Source: Patescibacteria group bacterium
GTDB taxonomy: Bacteria > Patescibacteriota > Patescibacteriia > Patescibacteriales > UBA12465
DNA: 64,000 bases
NCBI GenBank assembly: GCA_041651195.1
Contig: JBAZJR010000001.1
Span: 7,601 to 71,600 of the forward strand
Reading direction: 5' to 3'
The notes beneath the pieces were generated by a model. The model was not told where the DNA came from and did no database searches. It worked only from the letters and a program-made list of their open reading frames with translations. The stretch's first letter is position 1, and the number at the start of each line of letters is the position of its first letter. A program made the translations under genes and the position numbers. Below are positions 1 through 9,394 of the stretch, piece after piece.

Positions 1-70
1 GTCAAGATACGAATTGAAGATAGCGGGGAAAATACTGATCAGATGAAATTGCATATGAGGTTATTATATC

Positions 71-98
71 AAAAAAGTCCTCTTTTGACAGCGGACTT
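71..98 (-). terminator. putative intrinsic terminator downstream of the khpA-like gene
   Basis: Minus strand reads AAGUCC, a 12-nt loop, GGACUU, then UUUUUU. It lies just past the stop of ORF 124..468. Confidence 0.5.
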
Positions 99-123
99 CT
101 TTGTTTATCTTATTTATCTGATT

Positions 124-468
124 TTAGATTTTTAAATCGTCAATCGCGGAGGTGTCGATTTCATCGCGGCTATCGCGGCGTTCGCTGCGACCCTCGCTCC
201 GATGGCTACCCCCCTCCGGGTCATAGATCTTCAAGTTGACGCGGGAGTTATTTTTGGCGCCGATGATCTTGAGTAAGGTGCGGATGGACTGCGCGGTCTG
301 ACCTTTGCGGCCGATGACGTAACCCATGTCAGCCGGATTGGTTTTGAGGGTCAATAAGACGCCTCTTTCATCAATCGTCCGGTCGACGACCACATCGTTC
401 GGATTGCCTACGATGCTCTTGACTACCATTTCCAAGAACTCTTTGTCTTGTTCTACCATAGTTTTCAT
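124..468 (-). CDS. khpA: KH-domain RNA-binding protein (KhpA/UPF0109-like) with an Arg/Ser/Glu-rich C-terminal tail
   Basis: 114-aa ORF. It has a GxxG-type KH core (VIGRKGQTAQSIRTLL) and sits next to rpsP, the usual synteny. Confidence 0.8.
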   Translation of the reverse strand: MKTMVEQDKEFLEMVVKSIVGNPNDVVVDRTIDERGVLLTLKTNPADMGYVIGRKGQTAQSIRTLLKIIGAKNNSRVNLKIYDPEGGSHRSEGRSERRDSRDEIDTSAIDDLKI

Positions 469-600
469 TCGTCCTTCGTATTTTGAGCGGCTTTTCGTCC
501 GGTCAAAGTCGAAAGAAATTTTATTAGATAACTGCCATATCAGCAGTTTTATGTTTTAATCTTACTACTTTTTTAAAATTTGTCAATGTTTTTCTATCGA

Positions 601-1038
601 TTACGCATTTTCAGCCGTTGCTTCCGCCGCTTTTTCAGGGGCAGCTTCCGACGGAGTTTCTGGTTCGGCCGACGCTTCCGTTTCCTTCGCCGCCGTTTCG
701 GCCGGGATCGTTTCCTTCGCCGCTTTTTTGTCAGCCTTAGCTTTGATCTGGGCCAAGCGCTTTTCGCTCGGCTTGCCGGCCTTAGAGGCTTTTATTTTTT
801 GGCCATCGATTACTTTCTTCTCTACTAATAAATTGTTGACCGTGCTGGTCATCTGCGCCCCCTTAGATAGCCAGTATTTGACCTTATCGCCTTTAGCGGC
901 CAATTCCTTGGTGTGGGGGTTATAAGAACCCAGGATTTCTAAGACCTCTCCGAACGGATCGCGGCTTTTTTCCGAGATTACCAAACGGAACATCTTCTTA
1001 TTAGTTTTTCCGGTCTGTGCTAATTTGATCACTAACAT
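601..1038 (-). CDS. rpsP: 30S ribosomal protein S16 with an Ala/Glu/Lys-rich C-terminal extension
   Basis: N-terminus MLVIKLAQTGKTNKKMFRLV...GSYNP is typical of S16. Confidence 0.9.
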   Translation of the reverse strand: MLVIKLAQTGKTNKKMFRLVISEKSRDPFGEVLEILGSYNPHTKELAAKGDKVKYWLSKGAQMTSTVNNLLVEKKVIDGQKIKASKAGKPSEKRLAQIKAKADKKAAKETIPAETAAKETEASAEPETPSEAAPEKAAEATAENA

Positions 1039-1112
1039 ATTTTTTCGTTATTTCAGATTATTTTATATGGGGAAATATTATCTGAATGTTAAATAAAAGT
1101 CAATATTTCTAA

Positions 1113-3401
1113 TTAGAAACGGCTGGGACGGCTTGGTCCGCGGCGGCTATCGCTGTGCCCGCGGGAGCCGAAGCTCGGCCGGCCGCCGGCCGGCCGGCCG
1201 CCACCAAATGATCCGCCGAAGCTGGAACCGTTAGACTTGCCTTTTTCATCCTTCCATAAAGCAGCATTCTCTTCCAACCCTTTCATGGTCAGATTGACGC
1301 GGCCTTGGTCATCGATCTCCTTAATCTTGACGGTCACGATATCGCCGATATTCAAGAAATCGCCTGGCTTTTCGATCCGGTAAGGAGCGAGTTCGCTCAC
1401 ATGGACCATGCCGTCCTGGCTGGAATTTAAGGCGACGAAAGCGCCGAAATCTAGGAGCCGGACAACTTTGCCTTTGACGATTTCGCCCGGTCCGAAGACA
1501 TGGACGATCTCTTTCACTTGCCGGACCGCTTCTTCAACCATCGCTGCGTCCGTGCCGCAAACGACGACTAAGCCGCTGTCTTCGATATCGATGCTAACGC
1601 CGGTTTCGTCGATTATCTTATTGATAACTTTACCGCCCGGCCCGATGATCGCGCCGATCTTCTCCGGATCGACGTTAAAGCTGACGAGGCGCGGCGCATA
1701 CTTTGATAATTCGGCGCGCGGCGCGGGAATCGCCGTCGTGATGACGTCTAAGATCTGGTTCAGAGCTTGGCGTCCTTGTTTTAAGGTCTGGGCGATTATC
1801 GCCTCAGTCAAGCCGTCAGTCTTGGTGTCTAATTGGATGGCGGTCAGGCCGCTGTCGGTGCCCGTGATCTTGAAATCCATGCCGCCGTTACCGTCTTCCA
1901 GATCCTGGATATCGGTCAGGACTTCCCATTTGCTCATATCTGCATTGGAAGCTAAGCCCATGGCGATACCCGCTACCGGCTTCTTGATCGGAACGCCGGC
2001 GTCCATGAGAGCCAAGGTCGAAGCGCAAGTCGAGGCCATAGAGGAGGAACCGTTCGAACCTAAGGTTTCGCTGACGATCCGGACGGTATAAGGGAATTCT
2101 TCCTTATTCGGAACCATCGGCATCAGAGCCTTTTCTGCCAGGGCGCCATGGCCGATTTCGCGCCGACCAGTGCCGCGCAGCGGCGAAGCTTCGCCAACGG
2201 AATAAGGCGGGAAATTATAGTGGTGCATGTAGCGTTTTTTGCTTTGGCCTTCGAGTCCTTCCAGTGATTGTTCCAAGCCAGGTGCGCCCAGAGTAACAAT
2301 AGACATGACCTGGGTTTCGCCGCGTGAGAATAGGGAAGTGCCGTGATCGCGAGGCAGGATCGCCACTTCCGCTGATAAGGGGCGGATTTCATCCAGGGCG
2401 CGGCCATCAACGCGTTTTTTCTCTTCGGTAATCGCGCGGGTGATTTCCGCGTCGATCGCCTGGTCAACGGTTTTTTTGATGATCTGAGCACGCTTGTCGC
2501 TGTCTACTCCTTGGGCGGTCAGATAGACATTCAGCTGATCCTTGATCGCCGTAACGGCTAGTTTCCGTTCGCCTTTAGTATAGTAAGCTTTATCGAATAA
2601 AATCTTATGGACATTCTCTTTCAGCCAGCTTTGGCCGAGCGCCAAGAGTTCTTTCTGCTTCTTTTCTTCCTCGATTTCTGCCGCGGTTTCCGGTTTTTTT
2701 GCGGTTAGCGGGCTTAATTTCGGGGTGACGGCCTGCTTTAGTTCTTTGATCAATTCGATTGCCGTTTGCATCTTTTCTTGGCCGGACATTATTGCCTTAA
2801 GAACAGTCTCTTCGGGAATCTCTTGAGCGCCGGATTCGATCATGATTACTTTCTGGTCTGTTCCGGCGACGATCAGATCAAGCGAACTCTTCGCTTGTTC
2901 GACATAGGTCGGATTGAAGACGAACTCTCCTTCTACTAGTCCGACACGGATGCCGCCGATCGGCCCGTCCCAGGCTAAACCGGAAATCGCCAGGGCCGCG
3001 GAAGCGGCCAGCAATGAGACGATATCGTAATCATTTTCTTGGTCGACAGCTAAGACGGTAATGATGACCTGGACATCTCGGTTATCGCCAGCGGCGAATA
3101 AAGGGCGGATCGAGCGGTCGATCATCCGGCCGGTCAGGACAGATTGGTCAGTCGGACGGCCTTCGCGCTTTACCCAGCGCGAACCCTTGATGATGCCGGC
3201 GGCGTAGAGCTTTTCTTCAAAATCAACCATGAGCGGGAAGAAATCTATCCCGACCCGTTCGACGCGCGCTTGGACGACCGTCGCTTGGACGACTGTTTCG
3301 CCATATTGGACCCAGACGGCCGCGTCTGCCTGCTTGGCGACGTGTCCGGTCTTAATAGTGAGAGGGCGGCCTAGCCACTCCCGAGTGAATACTTTTTCCA
3401 T
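1113..3401 (-). CDS. pnp: polyribonucleotide nucleotidyltransferase (PNPase)
   Basis: 762 aa. Two RNase PH-like halves are followed by KH (GPGGKVINKIIDETG) and S1 (GEIVKGKVVRLLDFGAFV) domains and a Gly/Arg-rich tail. Confidence 0.95.
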   Translation of the reverse strand: MEKVFTREWLGRPLTIKTGHVAKQADAAVWVQYGETVVQATVVQARVERVGIDFFPLMVDFEEKLYAAGIIKGSRWVKREGRPTDQSVLTGRMIDRSIRPLFAAGDNRDVQVIITVLAVDQENDYDIVSLLAASAALAISGLAWDGPIGGIRVGLVEGEFVFNPTYVEQAKSSLDLIVAGTDQKVIMIESGAQEIPEETVLKAIMSGQEKMQTAIELIKELKQAVTPKLSPLTAKKPETAAEIEEEKKQKELLALGQSWLKENVHKILFDKAYYTKGERKLAVTAIKDQLNVYLTAQGVDSDKRAQIIKKTVDQAIDAEITRAITEEKKRVDGRALDEIRPLSAEVAILPRDHGTSLFSRGETQVMSIVTLGAPGLEQSLEGLEGQSKKRYMHHYNFPPYSVGEASPLRGTGRREIGHGALAEKALMPMVPNKEEFPYTVRIVSETLGSNGSSSMASTCASTLALMDAGVPIKKPVAGIAMGLASNADMSKWEVLTDIQDLEDGNGGMDFKITGTDSGLTAIQLDTKTDGLTEAIIAQTLKQGRQALNQILDVITTAIPAPRAELSKYAPRLVSFNVDPEKIGAIIGPGGKVINKIIDETGVSIDIEDSGLVVVCGTDAAMVEEAVRQVKEIVHVFGPGEIVKGKVVRLLDFGAFVALNSSQDGMVHVSELAPYRIEKPGDFLNIGDIVTVKIKEIDDQGRVNLTMKGLEENAALWKDEKGKSNGSSFGGSFGGGRPAGGRPSFGSRGHSDSRRGPSRPSRF

Positions 3402-3513
3402 AATTTTGTGAGGACTGGCCGCTAAATTACAGGACTGTATTTGATATATACAGTGCTATCTATTTAACGGTCAGCGCCTGATAGGGCCGTTTCCGCATCA
3501 GCGGGAAAGGCGT

Positions 3514-4020
3514 TTAATATTTACTGTAAATTAGAAATTTTTTATTGGCGCCCAGATCGGTGAAATCATCCGCCTCTTCAACTAATTTTGAAGAACAAGT
3601 TTTGCGGAAAGCCATTATTTCTACCAGGCAGCCTTTATTGTTTTGTAGGTAAGAGACCAGCGGTAGGTAGTCGCCGTCGCCAGAAACGATGACGATCACG
3701 TCCAGCTTGTCGGCCAACTTGATCGCGTCGATCGCGATGCCGACATCCCAATCAGCCTTTTTGGCGCCACCGGCGAAAATCTGCAGATCCTTCATCTTTA
3801 CTTCGAAGCCCTGTTGTTCCAAAGCTTCGACAAAAGGCGCCTCTTCTTTGTTTTCAGTCCGGATAGCATAAGCAGTGGCTCGGATCAATTTTCGGCCAGC
3901 CACTGCTTTGACTAAGATTTCTTTGAAGTTGACTTTTTTCCCGTATAGATTCTTCGCCGAGTGGTACATGTTGGAAACATCTACCAGGATTCCCACCCTT
4001 TGTTCCTTATGTTTGATCAT
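3514..4020 (-). CDS. NYN/LabA-like (DUF88) domain protein
   Basis: 168 aa. Motifs VGILVDVSNMY and IVIVSGDGDYLPLV are typical of NYN/LabA nuclease-like proteins. Confidence 0.7.
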   Translation of the reverse strand: MIKHKEQRVGILVDVSNMYHSAKNLYGKKVNFKEILVKAVAGRKLIRATAYAIRTENKEEAPFVEALEQQGFEVKMKDLQIFAGGAKKADWDVGIAIDAIKLADKLDVIVIVSGDGDYLPLVSYLQNNKGCLVEIMAFRKTCSSKLVEEADDFTDLGANKKFLIYSKY

Positions 4021-4026
4021 AAATGA

Positions 4027-4404
4027 TTATTTCTCTTCTTCCGTCGCCGTTTCCTTTATCTCCAGATCTTCCTCGTCGTTATCGATATATTTTTTCTCTT
4101 TCTTCTTTTCCTCCTCTTCCTCTTCCTGCAGTTTCTGGGCGATCTTTAATTTTAATTTTTCCGCCAATTCTTTGAATTGTTCAGCGCTTTCTTTCTGTAA
4201 GAATTTTAAGAGCTTGCGCCGTTCACTTACTTTTTTGAGCAAGCCGCGGCGGGAAGAGAAGTCGTGTTTATGCTTTTTCAAGTGCTCGGTGAGCTCTTTG
4301 ATCTCTTCGGTCAGGATCGCGATCTGGACTTGCGGCGAACCGGTATCCGTATCATGGACGCGGAATTTCTTAATGATTCTTTCTTTAGCTTTTTTATCTA
4401 ACAT
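4027..4404 (-). CDS. rpsO: 30S ribosomal protein S15 with an acidic/lysine-rich C-terminal extension
   Basis: Contains [48 protein letters not shown], the S15 signature. Confidence 0.9.
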   Translation of the reverse strand: MLDKKAKERIIKKFRVHDTDTGSPQVQIAILTEEIKELTEHLKKHKHDFSSRRGLLKKVSERRKLLKFLQKESAEQFKELAEKLKLKIAQKLQEEEEEEKKKEKKYIDNDEEDLEIKETATEEEK

Positions 4405-4493
4405 TTTTTTTGGCGCTTATCCGAGCGGCGGCTCGACCCTTGGTATCAGGGTTTCGGTCTCCGCGGCCAAGATAAGTACATTAATTATATTAT

Positions 4494-4754
4494 TTATTTA
4501 AGCGTGTTGATCTTCTTCATGAGGCGCGATTTCTTGCGCGCGGCGGTATTTTTTTTGATGACGCCTTTTTTAGCCGCCTTATCGATCGCTTTGATAGTTT
4601 TAGTATATTCTTCTTTGATCTTTTGATCATTAGCCTTTATTTGTTTTAGGCTGATTTTCGTTAAATTCTTTAGTTTGTCGGCGACTTTTTTGTTGGCCGC
4701 GTTCCTTTTTACGGCTTTGCGTAGTTCTTTAGCCGCTGATTTCTTGTTTGGCAT
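4494..4754 (-). CDS. rpsT: 30S ribosomal protein S20
   Basis: 86-aa basic protein. MPNKKSAAKELRKAVKRNAANKK is typical of S20. Confidence 0.85.
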   Translation of the reverse strand: MPNKKSAAKELRKAVKRNAANKKVADKLKNLTKISLKQIKANDQKIKEEYTKTIKAIDKAAKKGVIKKNTAARKKSRLMKKINTLK

Positions 4755-4879
4755 ACGGAATTTCTAAATAATGAGTTAATTAATAATGACTGAATACTAA
4801 CACGATAATAAATAAAAATCAAGGCCTGGTTGATAGGCAGGATTATAAATTTTGTATATACTATTATTATAAAATCGAT

Positions 4880-5647
4880 ATGAGAATAAGAATTATCAAG
4901 AGCCGGACTAGCGTTTTAGGAGCATCCATCTTTTTTTTAATTTTGATCGGGCTTTATCTGAATCGCGCTTATGCTCGTATCTATGATACGATCGGCGGCG
5001 CCAACTTGACGGCGGTCAGCTCCCCTGCTCGTTTTACTGTTGACATCGAAGGAGCGACCAGCAGCTTGAACTATGTCGCCCTGGGGGACAGCCTGAGCGC
5101 CGGCGTCGGCACGGAGGAAGCAGCCGCGTCATTGCCGCGCCTCTTAGCCGGCAAGATGTTGGCGACTAGGCGGGATATTAATTTAGAAAATTACGCCGTG
5201 CCGGGATATCGGACAGCGGACCTATTAATCAGCGCTCTGCCAAACGCTATTGCCGCCCGTCCGGACATTATTACGGTCTTGATCGGCGTCAACGATATCC
5301 ATAATCAAGTCGCCGCTGCGGAATTCCGGAAAAATTATGATTTAATCCTAAAAGGGCTGACCACGGAAACGGCTGCCAAGATATATGCCATCAATTTGCC
5401 CTTTATCGGGGCGGGGCGGATGATGTGGCCGCCTTATCAATTCTATTTTGATGCCCGGACTAGAGAATTCAACGGAATTATCAGAGAATTAGCCGTTAAA
5501 TATCAAGTAAGTTACATTGATCTATATACGCCGACCGTTTCTTTATTTAAAAAATCGGGGGAACATTATTCCGCCGACCTATTTCATCCCTCCGCCGCGG
5601 GCTATCGGATCTGGGCGGACATAATTTATGATCGTTTCTATCACTAA
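4880..5647 (+). CDS. SGNH/GDSL hydrolase with an N-terminal membrane anchor
   Basis: GDS block (ALGDSLSAGVG), GVND block and a C-terminal DLFHPS (DxxH) block. Confidence 0.8.
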   Translation: MRIRIIKSRTSVLGASIFFLILIGLYLNRAYARIYDTIGGANLTAVSSPARFTVDIEGATSSLNYVALGDSLSAGVGTEEAAASLPRLLAGKMLATRRDINLENYAVPGYRTADLLISALPNAIAARPDIITVLIGVNDIHNQVAAAEFRKNYDLILKGLTTETAAKIYAINLPFIGAGRMMWPPYQFYFDARTREFNGIIRELAVKYQVSYIDLYTPTVSLFKKSGEHYSADLFHPSAAGYRIWADIIYDRFYH

Positions 5648-6752
5648 TCCAGTCATCGCGACCTGGATATTTTCTTCGGTCTTTTTTATAGCTCTGGCAT
5701 TATCTATCAGGCCGCGCATTATCGCTGCTTGGTTTCCGTCGTCTGTTAGCGCTGAGCTCAAAGGCTTGGCTATCTTGATGATCGTCTTATCGCATATCGG
5801 ATATTTTTTGGTCAGCGATACCCGTTTCTTATGGCCGCTCTCTATCGCCGCCGGCGTCGGGGTTAACCTCTTCCTGTTCTTATCCGGTTTCGGCTTGACA
5901 GTGAGCCAATTGCAGAAAGATTTATCGATCTGGCAATTTTATAAACGCCGCTTATGGAAACTGTTTGTCCCATTCTGGCTGATGTTGCTTACTTTCCTAG
6001 TTTTAGATTTTTTTGTCTTGCATCTCACTTATCCTTGGTCTTATATCGGCCGCGCGGTAAGCGGCATATTCAACCGCGCCGATTTGTATCAGGATATCAA
6101 CTCGCCGCTTTGGTATCTGACATTTATCTTAGGCTATTATATATTGTTTCCTCTGGTTTTTTCCCGACGTCGGGCTTGGCTATCAGCCCTACTCCTATAC
6201 TTGGCCGGCTACCTGTTTGTTTATTTTGAGCCCGCATTTTTTAATAATGTTTTTCATCTCTACAAGATCCATATTATCGCTTTCCCGCTGGGGGTTCTGG
6301 CCGCCTGGGGCCTGGGTCGCTTGCCCGCCGCTGAAAGTTTATCCGGCTGGTCGCGCGGTCGAACGGCCATCTTATATTATGCAGCTCTGTCTGCCTGTCT
6401 GGCAATCTTTGTCTACGCCAATATTAATTCCGGCATCGGCGGCAGCGCTAATTTCGAACAGGGTATGAGCCTTATCGCCGTTTTGGCGATTGTCGGAGTG
6501 TTTATCTTGAAGAAGGTGGAATTCCGCCTGCTATATTGGTTCGGCATTTATTCTTATGAAATTTATCTGTGGCATTGGCCGATTCTATACCGCTATGACA
6601 TTTTTTATCGCTTTTTACCGGATACTTGGGGCTGGTTGGCTACTATATTATATCTCGCCTTATTCCTCGGCCTCGGTCGGCTGATGTCTGGCGCGGTGGA
6701 GTATATTTCTTGGCTATGGTCGGCCGCGCGCCAGGTACCGGCTAAAAAATAA
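5628..6752 (+). CDS. acyltransferase family 3 (OafA-like) integral membrane protein
   Basis: 374-aa polytopic protein. LKGLAILMIVLSHIG is the acyltransferase_3 N-terminal His motif. It overlaps the SGNH gene end. Confidence 0.75.
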   Translation: MIVSITNPVIATWIFSSVFFIALALSIRPRIIAAWFPSSVSAELKGLAILMIVLSHIGYFLVSDTRFLWPLSIAAGVGVNLFLFLSGFGLTVSQLQKDLSIWQFYKRRLWKLFVPFWLMLLTFLVLDFFVLHLTYPWSYIGRAVSGIFNRADLYQDINSPLWYLTFILGYYILFPLVFSRRRAWLSALLLYLAGYLFVYFEPAFFNNVFHLYKIHIIAFPLGVLAAWGLGRLPAAESLSGWSRGRTAILYYAALSACLAIFVYANINSGIGGSANFEQGMSLIAVLAIVGVFILKKVEFRLLYWFGIYSYEIYLWHWPILYRYDIFYRFLPDTWGWLATILYLALFLGLGRLMSGAVEYISWLWSAARQVPAKK

Positions 6753-6795
6753 AAAAAGCGAGAATATTTAATTCCCGCTTATAAGCTACTTTAAG

Positions 6796-6966
6796 CTACT
6801 TTGTTCCGGCATGTACATGTTTGTCCGGCCCCTTGAATATCCCGATTAAGCAGGCGAATGAGGCTAAGCCAGTGACGATCGCCCAGCCAGATCCCTGTTC
6901 CCAGATATGCCAGGTAGCGACGCCAGTTATGACAAAGATTACTAATAATACTATTTTGCTTTTCAT
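6796..6966 (-). CDS. small two-TM membrane protein (56 aa, not in the ORF track)
   Basis: My own translation: MKSKIVLLVIFVITGVATWHIWEQGSGWAIVTGLASFACLIGIFKGPDKHVHAGTK. A strong SD (GGAGGAG) lies 3 nt upstream of the ATG at 6966. Confidence 0.5.
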   Translation of the reverse strand: MKSKIVLLVIFVITGVATWHIWEQGSGWAIVTGLASFACLIGIFKGPDKHVHAGTK

Positions 6967-7058
6967 TGCTCCTCCGAGGGTTGTTTAGAAATGATCGGAT
7001 ATTGATATTGATAGATTACGGCTTTTCTGCGGTTTAGTCAAATTGTCGCCAGTAATAT

Positions 7059-7086
7059 AAAAACTCGCCTGGACGGCGAGTTTTTT
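7059..7086. terminator. bidirectional intrinsic terminator (A-tract, CTCGCC/GGCGAG hairpin, T-tract)
   Basis: AAAAACTCGCC-TGGAC-GGCGAGTTTTTT lies immediately downstream of tRNA-Pro on the minus strand. Confidence 0.75.
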
Positions 7087-7087
7087 G

Positions 7088-7158
7088 TCGGGGCGCTGGG
7101 AATTGAACCCAGTCAACATGCTCCCAAAGCATGCGTACTACCGGTATACGACGCCCCG
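7088..7158 (-). tRNA. tRNA-Pro (UGG)
   Basis: Hand-folded cloverleaf: acceptor CGGGGCG/CGCCCCG, anticodon stem CAUGC/GCAUG with loop UUUGGGA, T-arm CUGGG-UUCAAUU-CCCAG. CCA is not encoded. Confidence 0.85.
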
Positions 7159-7222
7159 TGGCAGCCTTTAAAAAAATAAACCCATAAATAATAACCTGGG
7201 TTAATTTTTTATATATATCATG

Positions 7223-7294
7223 TGCCCCGGGTCAGAATCGAACTGACGACACAAGGATTTTCAGTCCTTTGCTCTACCACTGAGCTACCGAGGC
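7223..7294 (-). tRNA. tRNA-Phe (GAA)
   Basis: Acceptor GCCUCGG/CCGGGGC, D-arm GCUCAGUGGUAGAGC, anticodon loop CUGAAAA, T-arm GUCAG-UUCGAUU-CUGAC. Confidence 0.85.
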
Positions 7295-7322
7295 CCGGAA
7301 AATTATATTGTTAAAGTCTATC

Positions 7323-7398
7323 TGGTTGCGGGGGTCGGACTCGAACCGACGACCTCTAGGTTATGGGCCTAGCGAGCTGCCAACTGCTCTACCCCGCT
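7323..7398 (-). tRNA. tRNA-Met (CAU), possibly the initiator
   Basis: Anticodon loop CCCAUAA. It has a 1:72 A-A mismatch and an A11:U24 pair, both initiator-like, but only 2 of the 3 G:C pairs in the anticodon stem. It is the only tRNA here with an encoded CCA. Confidence 0.8.
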
Positions 7399-7412
7399 AT
7401 AATAAGAAACCG

Positions 7413-7486
7413 TGGGCAATGGAGGACTCGAACCTCCGACCTCAACATTATCAGTGTTGCGCTCTAACCAACTGAGCTAATTGCCC
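7413..7486 (-). tRNA. tRNA-Ile (GAU)
   Basis: Acceptor GGGCAAU/AUUGCCC, anticodon stem CAACA/UGUUG with loop CUGAUAA, T-arm GGAGG-UUCGAGU-CCUCC. Confidence 0.85.
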
Positions 7487-7555
7487 AATTTTTAACTGAC
7501 AAGAATATAACAAATATTAAATGAAAAAGCAAGGGACGAATTAGGGTAAGCGAGC

Positions 7556-8524
7556 CTATAGCCCGGAGATTAGCAAAGTTAATTCAGTTTTGATATCGCC
7601 CCGTCCGGTTTTGTTTAAAAAATCTAAGCGGACTAAGCGGTTTAAATAATTTTTTAAGGCCGTGATGCTAAAATTCCGAGCTTGAGCGAGCCCCTTTTTG
7701 ACTACGAAAGGGTGGAGCCGGAGTTGAGAAGCTAAATCGGCCGGATTGGCCTTATCATCGAGAGCGGAGCGGAGCTGCAGTAAGATTTTGAATTGACGGA
7801 TTAGCATCGTAATCAGGTATTCATCGCTTAAGCCAGCCGAATATTGTCTATGCAATAAGCTGATAGCCGTTTTTTTATCTTTTGCGCTTAAAGCGTCGGT
7901 CAGGCCGAAGATATCTTCATCGTAGGAGCCGGAGACCATCTCTTTGACATCGCTGGTAGCAATGGTCTTAGTGCTGACAGCGAAGGCTAGTTTTTTTAAG
8001 CTGCTGGCGATGATCCAGAGGTCGCCGCCGCTCAGGTTGATTAAGAGGGAAGCGGCGGAAACGCCGATTTCTTTTTGGTAAGAATTAGCCTCTTTCTTGA
8101 TGAAAGTAGAGAGTTGACTGTCGGAGAGGGGTTTGAATTCCTGGGAGTATGGCTGTTTGGCCAGATAGGCGAATAATTTTTTAGCTTCAACCTTCAGCTT
8201 ATTATTTTTGGCGTCTAATTCGGTATCGCGGAAGATGATTACATCGTCATCACGGTGTTCTAGCCTTTTTAAATAATCAGTCAGCGTCGTGAAGATCTGG
8301 TCTTTTTTGTTCTTGAAGATATCTTCTATGACGACTAGCCTTTTCCTGACGAAGAGAGAGCCGGTATTAAGTTTTTCGCTGATTTCTTTCAAGCTCGCCG
8401 TCGCACCATCCACCACGCTCAAGCTGCTGGCGCCCGGGTCGACGTCACGGGTGAATTTGGCTTGTAATTCGCGGAGGAAACGTCGGGAACGGAAAGTGTC
8501 GCTACCATGCAAGAAGATAATCAT
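7556..8524 (-). CDS. holA: DNA polymerase III delta subunit
   Basis: 322 aa. N-terminus MIIFLHGSDTFRSRRFLRELQAKF and overall length and architecture are typical of HolA. Confidence 0.75.
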   Translation of the reverse strand: MIIFLHGSDTFRSRRFLRELQAKFTRDVDPGASSLSVVDGATASLKEISEKLNTGSLFVRKRLVVIEDIFKNKKDQIFTTLTDYLKRLEHRDDDVIIFRDTELDAKNNKLKVEAKKLFAYLAKQPYSQEFKPLSDSQLSTFIKKEANSYQKEIGVSAASLLINLSGGDLWIIASSLKKLAFAVSTKTIATSDVKEMVSGSYDEDIFGLTDALSAKDKKTAISLLHRQYSAGLSDEYLITMLIRQFKILLQLRSALDDKANPADLASQLRLHPFVVKKGLAQARNFSITALKNYLNRLVRLDFLNKTGRGDIKTELTLLISGL

Positions 8525-8542
8525 ATTTAATGGTTAGTCTTA

Positions 8543-9394
8543 TTATTCAGCTATCCTAGCTTGAGACAGGCCGGTAATCCGTCGTCCCAAGAATTTTCCT
8601 CCTAATTTCCGGAAGCGTTCTGGAGAGTCGGTCGTATAATAATTAATTGTCGCGGCGGTTGCCGGCCGCAAGCCTAATTCTGGATGGCGGTATAGGTAGT
8701 CTTTTAAGGCAGCAGCGATAATCGTTCCGGGTTGCGGCACGTCTACGCGCCGGCCCATTATTTGCTTGATTTCGGGGTAGAGGAAGGGATAATGCGTGCA
8801 ACCTAGGATCAGACTATCTACTTTTTTCATTTTCAAGGGCCGCAGATATTTCTTCAAGATCATCTTAGTTTCCGGCTTAGCGGCCCAGCCCTCTTCGATT
8901 AGGGGAACCAGCAAGGGTGCGCTTATCTGTTCAACGTCCAGGCTCGGCCGCAATTTCTTGATTTCCAGGGTATAAGCTCCGGAATTGACCGTGGCCTTAG
9001 TGCCGATGATGCCGACGGATCTTATTTTCTTATCCTGGGCGACATATTCGATAAGCGGCCGAATTACCCCCAAGATCCGGCGCTCGGGATAAGCAACAGG
9101 CAAGTATTCTTGTTGCAGCCGGCGTAAGGCTTGGCTAGAAGCGGTATGACAGGCGATGATGATCAGGCTGCAGCCGGCACGGAAGAGAAAATCTGTGGCT
9201 TGGCGGGTGTAATGATAGATCGTCTCCGCTGATTTTTCGCCGTAAGGCAAGCGGGCGTTGTCGCCCAGATAAATATAGTTATAATCCGACAGGTCTGATA
9301 GGAAGTATTTTAAGACAGTTAGCCCGCCCAAGCCTGAATCGAAGATCCCGATAGTATTTTTAAGAGTGCCCTCTTTATTTTTTTTGCCGGGCAT
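8543..9394 (-). CDS. murI: glutamate racemase
   Basis: IGIFDSGLGGLTVLK, IIIACHTAS and LILGCTHYP motifs, including both catalytic Cys blocks. Confidence 0.9.
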   Translation of the reverse strand: MPGKKNKEGTLKNTIGIFDSGLGGLTVLKYFLSDLSDYNYIYLGDNARLPYGEKSAETIYHYTRQATDFLFRAGCSLIIIACHTASSQALRRLQQEYLPVAYPERRILGVIRPLIEYVAQDKKIRSVGIIGTKATVNSGAYTLEIKKLRPSLDVEQISAPLLVPLIEEGWAAKPETKMILKKYLRPLKMKKVDSLILGCTHYPFLYPEIKQIMGRRVDVPQPGTIIAAALKDYLYRHPELGLRPATAATINYYTTDSPERFRKLGGKFLGRRITGLSQARIAE

